DNA of 62,446 bases, counting the filler, from Choristocarpus tenellus KU-1152 (lineage: Eukaryota; Protista; Phaeophyceae), in NCBI GenBank assembly GCA_964200185.2. It is 10 parts of 10 records of this genome, joined end to end, with 100 filler letters (N's around TTAATTAATTAA, not from the genome) between each part and the next. Parts side by side here need not be neighbours in the genome. Positions count along the whole stretch, not along the records: positions 50,725 to 57,626 come from CAXNAD020007101.1; positions 57,727 to 62,446 come from CAXNAD020013350.1; 8 more parts are not named here. One strand, 5' to 3'. The translations under genes were made by a program, and so were the position numbers. This document shows positions 51,636 to 62,446 of the stretch, piece by piece (the stretch's first letter is position 1; every line of letters starts with the position of its first letter). The notes below the pieces were generated by a model that did not search any database, was not told the origin of the DNA, and was given only the letters and a program-made list of their open reading frames with translations.

Positions 51636-53867
51636 CGGGTTTGCTTCGTACTTCGAATTATATGAGGGCTCTTGCATGTGACTACCAAAAGGATCTGGAT
51701 CCGTCACACAATTTTAAACTGTGGGTAGTTCAGGAGTAGTGCCTTGTATCTATGCGGTTGGGATGTGAAGGGAAATTGAGGAGAAGCTGGTCGTCGATGT
51801 GTCGACGTTGGTTTGGAAATTACGGGGTGTTGTGTACACGGTTGCCTTGACACTAGGTCAGAGGGTTTTTTGAAGAATACACAGAAGACGGGGACTTAAT
51901 GGCATTCCACAATCGCCACAAGAGAGACGGGATGGGTGTGACTTGTGCATTGTGTAACAAGAATCACCTTCAATCTTCAAATGTCAAATATACTTAGGAG
52001 TACTACTAACATAGAAATAATATTTATTCAACATGGGTAAAAGGAAACTTTTCTTACACGATCAGATTTTTATTTTGCAGGCAAAAAATCTGTCCTCCAT
52101 GTCACTGAGTAGATCTCTAAAAGCTTAAGTTTAGTGATTGTGAAAGATTGCCGAGTTAGCTAACAAAACACAAAAAGGTATGTTTTTTTTTAAGGACTGT
52201 AACTTGCAAACTTTGTAAAAAAATATTTAACAAGTTTTGAAGGGGATAAAGTCGTATTGTAGACATAATAGGTGTCAATACACAATAGGAAGTCGTTCGT
52301 GTATAACATGTACATACTATTGAGATAGCCACCTTTCGACCAAGTTATACCTTAAAGTGCCTTTCCTTGAGAAGATACACCTCAAGGTCTGCTGCCTCAT
52401 GTGACATTAGTGTTTGCTTCTTGAAGTAAATATCGAGTGGTCTGAGTTGAGGTTGCAACCCTGCCTCCTTCTCTCTTTTCCTGTTCACTCCTTCCGTTGG
52501 TGATGTGAGGATTACTCACCCTCCTGCCTTGTCTCTCTCCATTCCCTTTCTCCTGTGAATCTTCCTGCTCCCCTTCAGTCTGAAGAACCTGTCTGTCTAT
52601 TTTCATCGGTTTCACACTATACATTACAATATAATATATGTAAGTTCCCCTCAAAAGGGCTGGGCCCTTCAGAGGTGTGACACATCAGACAGGATAGGGA
52701 AGGAGAGGAGGGCTGCAACTCGTTGTGTCTTTGCATGCGAGGGAGCATATTGTTACTTTTGAAGCCAATGCGTGCCGTCGAAACTACACACAAACTATAC
52801 TATAGCATTATAGGAGTTCACAGTGTGTCAGTCTCTAGGACTTGGTTCCTTTTTAGTGTTTTTTATACTTGCACATAACGTACAACTCTATCTAGCTATT
52901 ATTTTCTATAGGTAGAATATAGCCATCTCTCTCCAGTTCTGTATTCTTTACAACATACTGTATTTCTTCTCCACACTCTACTATTATTGTATATTTTCCA
53001 TTTATTGTGGAGTGTTTTTTTTACCCCTTCATCTTTCATGTTTACGTTACATTATAATCCAGGAACTACCTTTTTACAAAAGAGAAAATGTGCGATAGAT
53101 GAAAAGGTGTATTTATGTGTAGAAATATTATTTGATTTACATATTTTTTATTGACACATCTGACCCTTAATCAGTTAGTGTTTTCATCTATTCCACATAA
53201 ATCATCCTGAGAGGGGTCAGACACCAAAATATTATGATACGTAGTGAATTGCTTTCGAGTGAAGAAAAACATCTTTATTACTCCCTCTGTTCGGAATCAA
53301 ATGTAATAATACTTTTGCAAGCTCTCTTCTTGCCCAGGAAAGACCTATGTGAGAAACCCTCACGACGAGGCTTAGTTTTCATATAGGTTGGGAGTCGTCC
53401 AAAGTTTGAGGTGGTGGACTGTCATGACCGTGGAGGATCACTAGTGCAAAGTCGACCAAGTTGCATTTGACATGGTTTAAAAATCTTGCAAAAATGTCAA
53501 AGCGGGTGTTTATTTGGACGCCCAGGACAAAGGCCCCACATAATTCGAGTTGCTTGCTCATCCCATCGTCGCCCATCAGCCCCAATTCTTTGGTCCAGAA
53601 GTCTGCTCGGGGTCAGGACTCAACCTCTGCCATTATTAATATGTGATAAAAGAAGAATAAACACCTCAACGAAGAGCAGCATGGTGGTGCGATGCTGGGG
53701 CTTGAGAGGGCATGAGACTCAGACGCCTTCGGAAATTCCCGAATCACGGTGTTCCATCGTCTGAAGGAGTATGAGAGTCAGATTGCACTGGGTGAATGCA
53801 TGAACCTTGTGCGATGTTGCAAGGGGCGATCTGGCCACTGTACAAGTATCCTTGACATTTGGGATAT

Positions 53868-54124
53868 GAGTGAAAGTATCTTAGAAGGTACAAGTTTTGC
53901 CCTGTTTGTTCATTTGTGGCTTGGCTTCCCTTGGGGCTTTTAATGACATTTTCCTACTCCAAAATGTTTCGGAGTAGGTAAACTGTATACGTTATAAAGG
54001 TGTGTCCGGAACAAGGACATTGACTCTTCCTAACAAATACGATTGCCAAAATTACATCAAAATCGCAACATTGGATTTTGGCCCCCAAATGGACGTGGCT
54101 CTACCCTCTAAGATACTTTGGCTC
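53868..54124 (+). mobile_element. MITE family A, full length, TSD TAT, inside the mariner
   Basis: TAT|GAGTGAAAGTATC … GATACTTTGGCTC|TAT. Confidence 0.95.
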
Positions 54125-55562
54125 TATCCCATTGGGTACATCACACATCCTTCTGCAAATGGGCGACCAAAGCTGGGGTCTCCATTGCCTCATTGTGGAA
54201 TCTATGGAAGCACGAGAAGGTGAAGAAGGTCAAGTGGTGGATTCAGCAAGTCCTCTCAGACCAGCAGAAATGTTACAGGCGCCCCTTGATGCTCACCTCC
54301 ACAGGATGTACAAGTCAAGTCCAATTCACAGATTGTCGAACGTCGGCTCAGCAGAACAGAGGGGTACTCTCAAGTGAATCAATCAGTATAAGAAATATGT
54401 ATAAAGTTTGGTGGTATCAGATAGAGAGTGATCTATGTGGGTCTTTTTAGGTCAGAAGAACTGAGCCGTTTTGAGCCGTTTTTAGGAAATCTAATCATCA
54501 TTTACCGTTTGGGGTTTATTCGGGTTTACAAATACTAGCATATATCTGCAAACCCTTTCAGACCATCCGTCCGTGACCCTCTGCAACTACCCGAGTTACA
54601 GTTTACTCTGCAACCTTTAGGCAAATCGGAGTTCCCCCTTTTGGGCTTCCCCATGCGCGTATACTGCTCGCGCTGGTTAAAGCGCGGGAAGAAATACTCG
54701 TGCTATTCGCCTGTAACAGAAAGTCAACAGGGTGGGTTTCATCATTAACCACACGCACAGGAGGGGGGGAAGTGGGGTACTAGTGGATGATCTATATGAC
54801 TGGGTGCATTTGGATGAGAAGTGGTTCTGTATCCTCAAATATGGGCAAGGTGTGCACCTGCACCCACTGAGAACCCCCCCCAACCCTCCACGGGCAAAGA
54901 ATAAGCGTTAAATTACGAAGGTGATGCTCCTTGCAGCTGTGGCCCGCCCTAGCAAGCTCTCTAACGGGGTGTGGTTTATGGGAATATCGGAATCTGGCCA
55001 ACCGTGGACACTAACGTCGCTCAGGCTCAGCACCCCAGCAAACACCACCCCAAGGGCACTAAGATGCTTCTGTCAACCACGGTGGACGGGAGTGGTATAA
55101 GAAGCTCATGATAGAGGATGCCATCCTGGCAATCAAGGCCCGCATACCTAGGCCGGAAGTACACACCAACTTCGTGCAGCAGGACAAGGCAAAGCCATGC
55201 ACCAAAGGGGGGATCATGGAGGCAGTCAAGGAGGCAGCGGGGGATGACATTGTCATAGAGGCCCCAAGAAGCCAACTCACACCTGACCTCAATATCAATG
55301 ACCTGAGATTCTTTCATTCCATCCAGCAACTCAAGGAAGATGTGGGGGTGACTAACACAGAGGAGCTGGTGGAGGTCACAATGGAGGCATTCAATGTGTA
55401 ACTCTGTGAAACACTGGAGCACGTTTGGCAGAGCCTCTTTGCAGTCTATGGTGAAGTGCTGGGGCCCAAGCATGACAGCATCTTCAAAGCTACCCATCTT
55501 AGGAAGAAAAAGACTGAGAAGGTGGGCAAGCTCCCCCCAAATACCCCAGTGGATACAGCAAA

Positions 55563-56091
55563 GAGTAGTCAACGTATCTTAGAGGGAAGAACCGCGTCCA
55601 AATGGGGACCAAAATCCAATGTTGCGATTTTGATGTAATTTTGGCGATAAGTTTTGTTAGTGATCGTCATTATCCTTTTTCCAGACACACTTTTTCAAAA
55701 AATATACATTTTGAGAGAAAGTATCTTAGAGGGTACGAGTTTTACCCTGTTTGTCTGTTCGGATCTTGGCTTCCAACATATTGTTTATGACATAATACCT
55801 ACTCCAAAGAGTTTCGGAGTAGGTGAAATGTATGCATTATGAAAAGGTGAGTCTCAAACAAGGATACTGACACTTCCTAACAAACACGACAGACAAAATT
55901 ATATCAAAATCGCAACATTGGATTTTGACCCCCAAATGGACAAGGCTCTATTTACCCTCTAAGATACATTAGCTCTTTACCCGGCCCGAAACGTTTTGGA
56001 GTAGGAAAACGTCATAAAAAAAACCCATGGGAAGCTAAGCCCCAAATGGACAAACAGGGCAAGACTCGTACCCTCTAAGATACTTTCACTC
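55563..56091 (-). mobile_element. MITE family A (outer copy, TSD AAA) split by a second MITE A
   Basis: AAA|GAGTAGTCAACGTATCTTAGAGGG … TAAGATACTTTCACTC|AAA; the halves rejoin when 55713-55975 plus one TTT is removed. Confidence 0.88.
55713..55975 (+). mobile_element. MITE family A (inner nested copy, TSD TTT)
   Basis: TTT|GAGAGAAAGTATCTTAGAGGGTA … CTAAGATACATTAGCTC|TTT. Confidence 0.92.
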
Positions 56092-56591
56092 AAAATATCA
56101 TGCTGGAATGGAGTTTGGAGGGCTTTGGGGGCAGAATCATAGATAGGTGTAGACTCCCACATTTTTCTTGAGATTCTGGGGGGCAACCTTTTAGTGTCTA
56201 CACAGTACATCCATAAAATATGAACATATGCAAGAAATCTTGCTTCTTCATGGGGGCGGCAAAAGCTACGTTACATAAATTCCGAACAGAGGCGGTAATA
56301 GTTTTGAAAATCATTGAATTAAGTTTTGCCTGGAACTGGATCACATTTTTTGTGTACTTTGCCTGCATTTCGAATATTTTTAGGCTTCCTTCCCTGAAAA
56401 TGCTTTTATAAAAACGTTTTTTGAACATGCTAGGACTAGATGGATATTTGCAACACCGTGTCCAACAACCTCACCCACCCCCCTCATTGCATCATAAGCT
56501 CTTTTGAGCACAAATCCCTTCTGAGTTACCAATTGCCACAAAAAGGGTGAGATAACATAACAAATTATATTTTGTTGCAGTGTTTATTTTT

Positions 56592-56849
56592 GAGTGAAAG
56601 TATCTTAGAGGGTCCGAGTTTTGCCCTGTTTGTCCATTTGGGGCTTGGCTTACCTCGGGGGTTTTATGACATTTTCCTACTCCAAAATATTTCGGAGTAG
56701 GTAAAATGTATACATTATGAAAAGGTGTGTCTGGAACAAGGATATTGACACCTCCTAACAAACACGATTGCCAAAATCACATAAAAATTGAAACATTGGA
56801 TTTTGGGTCTCAAATGGACGCGGCTCTACCCTGTAAGATACTTTGGCTC
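56592..56849 (+). mobile_element. MITE family A, full length, TSD TTT
   Basis: Both TIRs present; internal palindrome at 56669-56709. Confidence 0.95.
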
Positions 56850-57128
56850 TTTATATATAAATAAAGTAAAAGTGTATATTTAATAAGCTAACAACTGTGG
56901 AAGGCAGGGCTATGTGTTGCGATACTGTTATTGCCATATGCCATGTACCACCATACCGATTGAGTATCCTTGTCACGAATCCCGGGTTCCAGTGGAGGAT
57001 CTTCAGTGAGATATGAGATGTGGAATCTTTTCAAGAGACCAATCCTTCAAGAAGTGGATATCTCTTCAATCAGAGATGTAAAACATCAAATAATCTCTTT
57101 ATTGTCACATCTTGACATTTTGATGATC

Positions 57129-57406
57129 CCCCCAAAGCATTCAAGAGGGTAGAGCTGTGTCCATTCGGGGTCATAAGTTCAATTTTGCGATTTTGATGAA
57201 TTTTGCGATTTTGATGAATTTTGGCAATTGTGTTTGTTAACAAGTGTCAACATCCTTGCTCCGGACACACCTTTCATAGTCGCATATACATTTTGTGGAA
57301 CTGTGCTCACACCGAAAACCGAAAAGGGGCATAAAAAACCCATGGGAAGCCAAGCCCCAAACAGACAAACAGAGCAAAACTCTTACCCTCTTAAATGCTT
57401 TGACTC
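57129..57406 (-). mobile_element. MITE family A, degenerate copy
   Basis: CCAAAGCATTCAAGAGGGTAGAGCTGTGTCCATT … CCCATGGGAAGCCAAGCCCCAAA … TTACCCTCTTAAATGCTTTGACTC, with a small internal duplication. Confidence 0.82.
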
Positions 57407-57557
57407 AGATTCTCATCATTCTGGAATTCTCTACTTTTCTCTGCTGTTTTTACACTCGTCAACACTTAACCCTGCCCTCTTGGATATGGTTCGTCTTAGT
57501 CCATCTTGTCAATCCTTCCCCGCCATCCTCTTCACCACTCTTGCCTAAGTGAATGAT

Positions 57558-57626
57558 GGCTCAAAGTATCTGGGAGGGGGTGGCGGCTGTCTATTTGGGG
57601 TCAATTTTTTCATATCGCGATTTTTG
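57558..57626 (+). mobile_element. MITE family B 5' part at contig end
   Basis: GGCTCAAAGTATCTGGGAGGGGGTGGCGGCTGTCTATTTGGGGTCAATTTTTTCATATCGCGATTTTTG, matching the 37234 copy. Confidence 0.9.
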
Positions 57627-57726
57627 NNNNNNNNNNNNNNNNNNNNNNNNNNNNNNNNNNNNNNNNNNNNTTAATTAATTAANNNNNNNNNNNNNNNNNN
57701 NNNNNNNNNNNNNNNNNNNNNNNNNN

Positions 57727-60700
57727 TTGAAGTTGCCCTCGTTCCGTAGGGTCTTGCAGTAGACTGGAACCTCCGTGTAAGAGGCCTGCAGCTCTTCACC
57801 CAGCTGTGTTCTTGTGAATATGTTCTTCCCTTTGATACCACATGAGATCCTGAAGGTGAAATGCAAGCAAGTTAATTTCGAGGCGGGGGCGAAAGAAACA
57901 AAGTGGAGAAGCAAGATATATATGCAGGCACATGTTCTGATGCATGTATATGGAAGTATGAATATAAAAAGGGGTGATGCATACAATTTTTTTTGTTTTT
58001 TTTCGAGACTAGGTTACCTCACAGTTTTGCCAGCTGCTCTTCTCGTGCTATTTTGTTTTGGGGAAATCAAAGGTCAATCAATCCATTGCAGTGTATGACC
58101 ATAAACCTTCCAGAGACTCAACAAGCGTGAACTGCAAGCCTCAAGGCAGTATCTATCCGTGTAAAAATACCATGTGGCTATCGCATTTATGTACCTTGCC
58201 TAACTACCTGGAGAAGATCGATCTTGATGTGCGTGTGCCCCACCATCATAAAATGTACCTCGACCACATGAATGACACTCACCGCGACCAACAGCCCCGC
58301 ATATCCGAGAAAGAAATTGTTCTTGTTCTCTGAGACGCTGTTGTCGACCTGGCCAGTTTGGGGAGTTGGGAGCGAGGGAGGGATAGGCGTGAGGCCGATA
58401 TGTCAGCCCATTTCACCATGTTTCGTGGAGAAACAGGGCATGTTTCCAGTAGTACTAGAGCGCAAGCTCTACATCACCGCCATCATACATGCAGGTTGCA
58501 ACCCACAAACCAAAACTAAAGACCGTGCAGTTAGTTCCTTGATGACCGGTATCTGCGAGTATGTGTTGAGTAGGTCGTGTCAAGATGAAACTTTCTTTCC
58601 TGCCAATGCGCGTGCTGGATGATGCAACCCCCCGCGTGTTCGAGGCTGTTGTGGTACTTGTCAGTAAGCCCTGTGAGGGCAAGGTGGGTGGCTGTGCAGA
58701 CAAGGTTACAACCTGTGCGAACGATGATGTCTGTCATTAGTTGGCAAATAGTACTCTGCTTACTTACGCATTGTTTACTTCGAGCTAAAAAGAGGGGTAA
58801 TGAGTGAAAGTATCTTAGAGGGTACGAGTTTTTCCCTGTTCGTCNNNNNNNNNNGGAGTAGGTAAAATGTGTATGTTATGAAAGGTGTGTCCGGAACAAG
58901 GACGTTGACACTTCCTAACCAACACGATAGCCAAAATTACATCAAAATGGTAAATTAGGTTATGGGCCCCAAATGGACGCGGCTCTACCCTCTAAGATAC
59001 TTTGGCTCAATGGAATGTGTTTTTGCGATGTAGAGCACATACACCCGACTAGCTGATATACATGTCTGTCGGTTTCCCTCCTCCTTGAATAGCTCTTACG
59101 CTCCTCTCGCCCTTCCAAAGCTGAGGCGTACGAGGGCAGGGGAGCACAGCACATCATCAGTTAATCGACAGTTCACCAGGCCTGCGGTATCTGTAAGCAA
59201 ATCGTGCAAGGATGTACTCGTCCTCGGGTATCTAACCTGCGGCGGGTCCCCTCACCATGACGGTAAATCAAGTAGTGTGTGCGCAACCAGCATCTATTTG
59301 ATCGTGTGATTGTTGAGCCACAACCCACAATACGCACCTCCTCCAAGATTTTGAGGAGTGAAGAACACCTCCGCGAACTGGCCTTTGACGTGTGCGGCCA
59401 TGATCTTCTGGCGCTCGGAGTAGCCCCTGATAACAAGGATATGAACCAAGAAACGTGTAAAGAAAGGTGTTACGGTGCGTCATCATCATGATGAACGGAA
59501 TAGGAAGTGGACTTATGTGCGTCTGTTTTGGCGGTTTTTTCTTGGGACTATGCACTCATTCGTTGAAAAAACAGGGTCGTCTATTCTGTTCTGCGTGCGG
59601 TTGCAAACTTGTTGACAAATGGACTATGCGTGCGTGTGGTTACCTGTCACCGCCGTGGTAGGTGGGTAAAGTGCTGGGAGGGCGTGGGATGTCTGGTTTG
59701 CCGCGTCTACAGACATGAACACGAAGCTGAGAGGTTTGCCGTCGGCTTTGGCCCGCATGACGCTGCTGGTGTTGTTGGCGATGACCAGCCAATCCGCTTG
59801 GATAATCTGGCGAATGGGGGAGAGCAACATCACGTCTGCAAATCAAATAAATCATCTCAGAGTTGTAAAAAAATGGCTACTTGTTAACATGTACCAGGTA
59901 CGTGACAAAAATCGAGTGAGGTAAAAATAAATGTTTGTCTTTGCTCCTCTTTTTTGTTTCTGCGTTCAAGGCAAAGACAGTATTATTGGGACGGGAGCAA
60001 GTACGTACGTACGGGGCCGGAAGATCGCAACATGACCTGTCCCTCCCAGAGCCCGTTGTAGACGACCAGGAAACTGTCTATCACACAAGGTGTTTGGGCA
60101 ACTAATAACAACAGTTTTGCGCTGAGTGAGGCTGCTGCTGCTGCCATAAGCACCTGCATCAGAGTCTTCATTCGCAAAAGGCAACAGATGTTGTTCCCAA
60201 TGGAGGGCAATGACAGCGACATGTTGCCACTGTACAATTGTCGCAAAATTAACGCTGGACACCTAACTTTCGATGGTCTGACAGCTCATTGTTGATGGAC
60301 TCGATGACGATGGAGTCTTTCGTGGGTTTTACACCAGGCGCACCGTGCCGCTTCTCTTTTAACGTGACACATATGTCACATTTCATAAATTCGCCTCCTA
60401 CCCTCACCCTGATGTTGGGCCTGTCCTCTCTGAACAATCGGAGGAAGTGCGCCTTGCTTACCCGCTTGGAAGTCTCGTCAGGATACACCTGTATTGCCTC
60501 TTTGCAAAAATCCTTGTATAGCTCCTAATTAATAATGTTGGTTGTGTGGGCAATTGAGGAGTTATTGAGAAGGAGCACTCGAAGAACACCGCTGCAACAT
60601 CTCTCGAAGGTGGGCTGACCAATATCTTGACTGACAACATGGAAGAAAATATCAAGCAAGCTTACATCATGCGTAATGAAAGAGCAAATACAATGATTTT

Positions 60701-62297
60701 CGTAAATCTGCCTAGAGCGTCATTCTGTTCGGGCCTCGCCGCCGTTTGCAGAAACAGTAAAGGAAGCGAATCTACCATCATCATCATCATCATCGTGAAG
60801 TGCTTGAGACATACGAACTACACACTTTTACTACCAAGGTCAGACCGGGCCCGGGGCTGCAGAGTAGGTGTACACAGCGGTGAAATAACAATTACTGTGT
60901 CTTCGTCCGTAAAAGCGACAAAGAGTATCATCATCATCATTGTAGTCTCGACATAACAAACGAAAAAAATAGTACTTCGTACGAAGCTTCACATTTTTTT
61001 TTACCATAATCTCAGATCGGTCAAGGTAATATGCAACCACCACTCGAAATACTCCTTCGATCCACTTCTTCTACGTACTGCTGGGTCACACGGTTTGCAA
61101 CTAACTCCAACGCAGGGTGTGGCCAACCTCTCCACAACCAAGGGCAAAACCTACCTCTTTTTTCGTGGCATAGATCACAATTGCGGTCTTGTGAGGCATG
61201 AACTGCCCGTGCGTATCCGCCCAGTAGTCTATCCAGGACATCACCAGGTCTCGCTTCGGAGCCATGTCCTTCTCTTTGTTCGTGCCGTTCCTGTTGTAGT
61301 AGCGCATGTTTGTATCTATGGATGGGACTTGTGTTGGAGGTGGATATAAGGGACGGGGGATGGAATCGTAGAGGAATCGTATGCCAGCAGCAGATCTCTA
61401 ATTCTGTAGGTATTTACGTGTGGTAACTGCAGCAGCAGCGCAGGGACGACCGGATGAGATGATATTGTTGAAGCATAAATAAACATATCACACGTATATA
61501 CACATATATGTAACACATAACTCCATGCTGGAGGGATCTCTAACTTTGTGCATCAGACATCTAGGCGTGGTAACTGCAAACTGAATGTGGCGAGTACGGT
61601 CGGATTATATTGTTCTGAGATAGGACTACTGTTCAATCATCAAGCAGGTGTTGATATATATCGGGTACAAATAACACTGTGTATTTACATCAAACCCACC
61701 TCTCCACGCCGGAGGATGCTCTTGTGTTAGGTGTACCTTTGCAAGCGTCGATGACATGATTGGATATTCCGAACGATAGCTTGAAAAACTGCGTACAAAC
61801 GGGAATGCCGGTCGCGAGCATAGATCCGCCTCCAGGTCCCAACTTAATGACAGGTACACGGTCACCAATGAAGTGCTTGCGATTGCGGCGGTTCTCACAC
61901 GCCCGGATGATGTCCTGCTCTTTGGCCAACGTGCATGCAAGGAAGGACTCGCTATCTGTTGCGAACTTCTTCACACAGGCTAAGTGCTTGCAGCAGTCAC
62001 CCTGTTCGTTGACCGGGATGGGTTGAGCCCATTCTCGGCGAAGGTTGGCGCCGGTCGCTGAAGCGTCATTGGTAGAAAGCTCCAGCGCATCATTGTTGGC
62101 GGGCTGATGAGGGGGCAACACAGGGGGCGGTGCAGGCGACAAGAGCCACCCCCTTGCTGTGGGGCAACTGTCATGGTGTTTTTGGGCAACAGGCGGTCTT
62201 GGGCAGTGAGAAGGTCTAGGAGTGAATTGAATTCGAAGTCGAGCGTATGAACGATGTTTGAGCTTCGGGCGATCCGTGGGACCACCCTGAGATCCAT
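57727..62297 (-). pseudogene. Intron-rich DD(D/E) DNA transposase of the DxxxQ / DNxxxENKN / GHTHxxID type (Sola1-like, DUF7869-like), frameshifted
   Basis: Motifs in order: CC…C…VCTQFFKLSFGISN (~61700-62000); WIDYWADTHGQFMP (~61195-61240); SKAHFLRLF…FMKCDIC (~60262-60530); FMSVDAANQ (D at 59705-59707); KIMAAHVKG…NLGG (exon 59338-59426); GCNLVCT (exon from 58712); VDNSVSENKN…FMMVGHTHIKID (exon 58208-58348); RISCGIK…NFK (57727-57849). The 3' end is lost at the gap; no TIR identified. Confidence 0.82.
58802..59008 (+). mobile_element. MITE family A (with N10 gap), TSD AAT, in an intron of the transposase pseudogene
   Basis: AAT|GAGTGAAAGTATC … GATACTTTGGCTC|AAT. Confidence 0.93.
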
Positions 62298-62390
62298 GAT
62301 CCGGAAAATACGTGCATTATGGTTTTTAGAAATTAGAAATTCGATTATATTCGTAATTTCAATTTAAAAAAATACAAACCACATACTTAA

Positions 62391-62446
62391 GACCCAAAGT
62401 ATCCGGGAGGGGGGGGGGGTCTACACCAGAGTGTCCATTTGGACCA
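62391..62446 (-). mobile_element. MITE family B terminus, running off the window
   Basis: GACCCAAAGTATCCGGGAGGGG…GTGTCCATTTGGACCA, the reverse complement of the family B 3' end. Confidence 0.85.

Larger units (their letters stand above)
53281..56295 (+). mobile_element. Tc1/mariner DD39D-type (plant/oomycete mariner, Stowaway-like TIR) element, decayed, with nested MITEs
   Basis: TA|CTCCCTCTGTTCGGAAT … ATTCCGAACAGAGGCGG|TA. Transposase motifs KGRSG (~53821), VHLDEKWF (~54805-54830), QQDKAKP (~55177) and TPDLNINDLRFFHSIQ (~55280-55325); stops and frameshifts present. Confidence 0.88.

Noticed and set aside
54361-54781. Insertion with an 8-bp TSD (GGGGTACT) inside the mariner
   Set aside because: No TIRs, and the intervening DNA itself encodes mariner-like sequence, so duplication or chimerism explains it better.
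62391-62446. 5' TIR of the transposase gene at 57727-62297
   Set aside because: The terminus points away from the gene and matches an independent MITE B end.

Overview
Eukaryotic, intron-containing, repeat-rich DNA from a stramenopile, most likely a brown alga or close relative. This is inferred from stramenopile-type H3/H4, a bipartite signal+transit peptide with a 'VLS-FAP' cleavage site, a brown-algal-style GCxPxGC...RDG...SRWS domain, an Ectocarpus-like RTE LINE and TTAGGG tracts. The window is not one locus: it is 10 contigs joined by nine artificial 100-bp N44-TTAATTAATTAA-N44 linkers, so adjacency across linkers means nothing. Host genes: an intronless divergent H4/H3 pair, each with a 3' histone stem-loop; a 6-exon fragment of a metzincin metalloprotease (HEFGHNLGCHH, Met-turn TVMSY); the first exons of a plastid-targeted type II 3-dehydroquinate synthase; a secreted Cys-containing domain gene with a 2-nt frameshift; and a few unidentified exons. 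Mobile DNA: about 16 copies or fragments of a ~258-bp MITE (family A); about 8 copies or fragments of a related ~180-bp MITE (family B) sharing the GNNNNAAAGTATCT terminus and mostly 3-bp TSDs; a TA-flanked DD39D-type mariner with MITE-in-MITE nesting; an intron-rich DN..ENKN/GHTH-type transposase pseudogene; RTE LINE remnants; and a Ty3/Gypsy remnant. The best candidates for something undescribed are (i) the MITE A/B system and its possible partner transposase, and (ii) a multi-exon decayed gene whose first exon carries a ParB/DGQHR-like motif. No CRISPR array, rRNA or convincing tRNA was found. Most ORFs in the supplied track are spurious. All family assignments come from motif recognition by eye, not from database searches.
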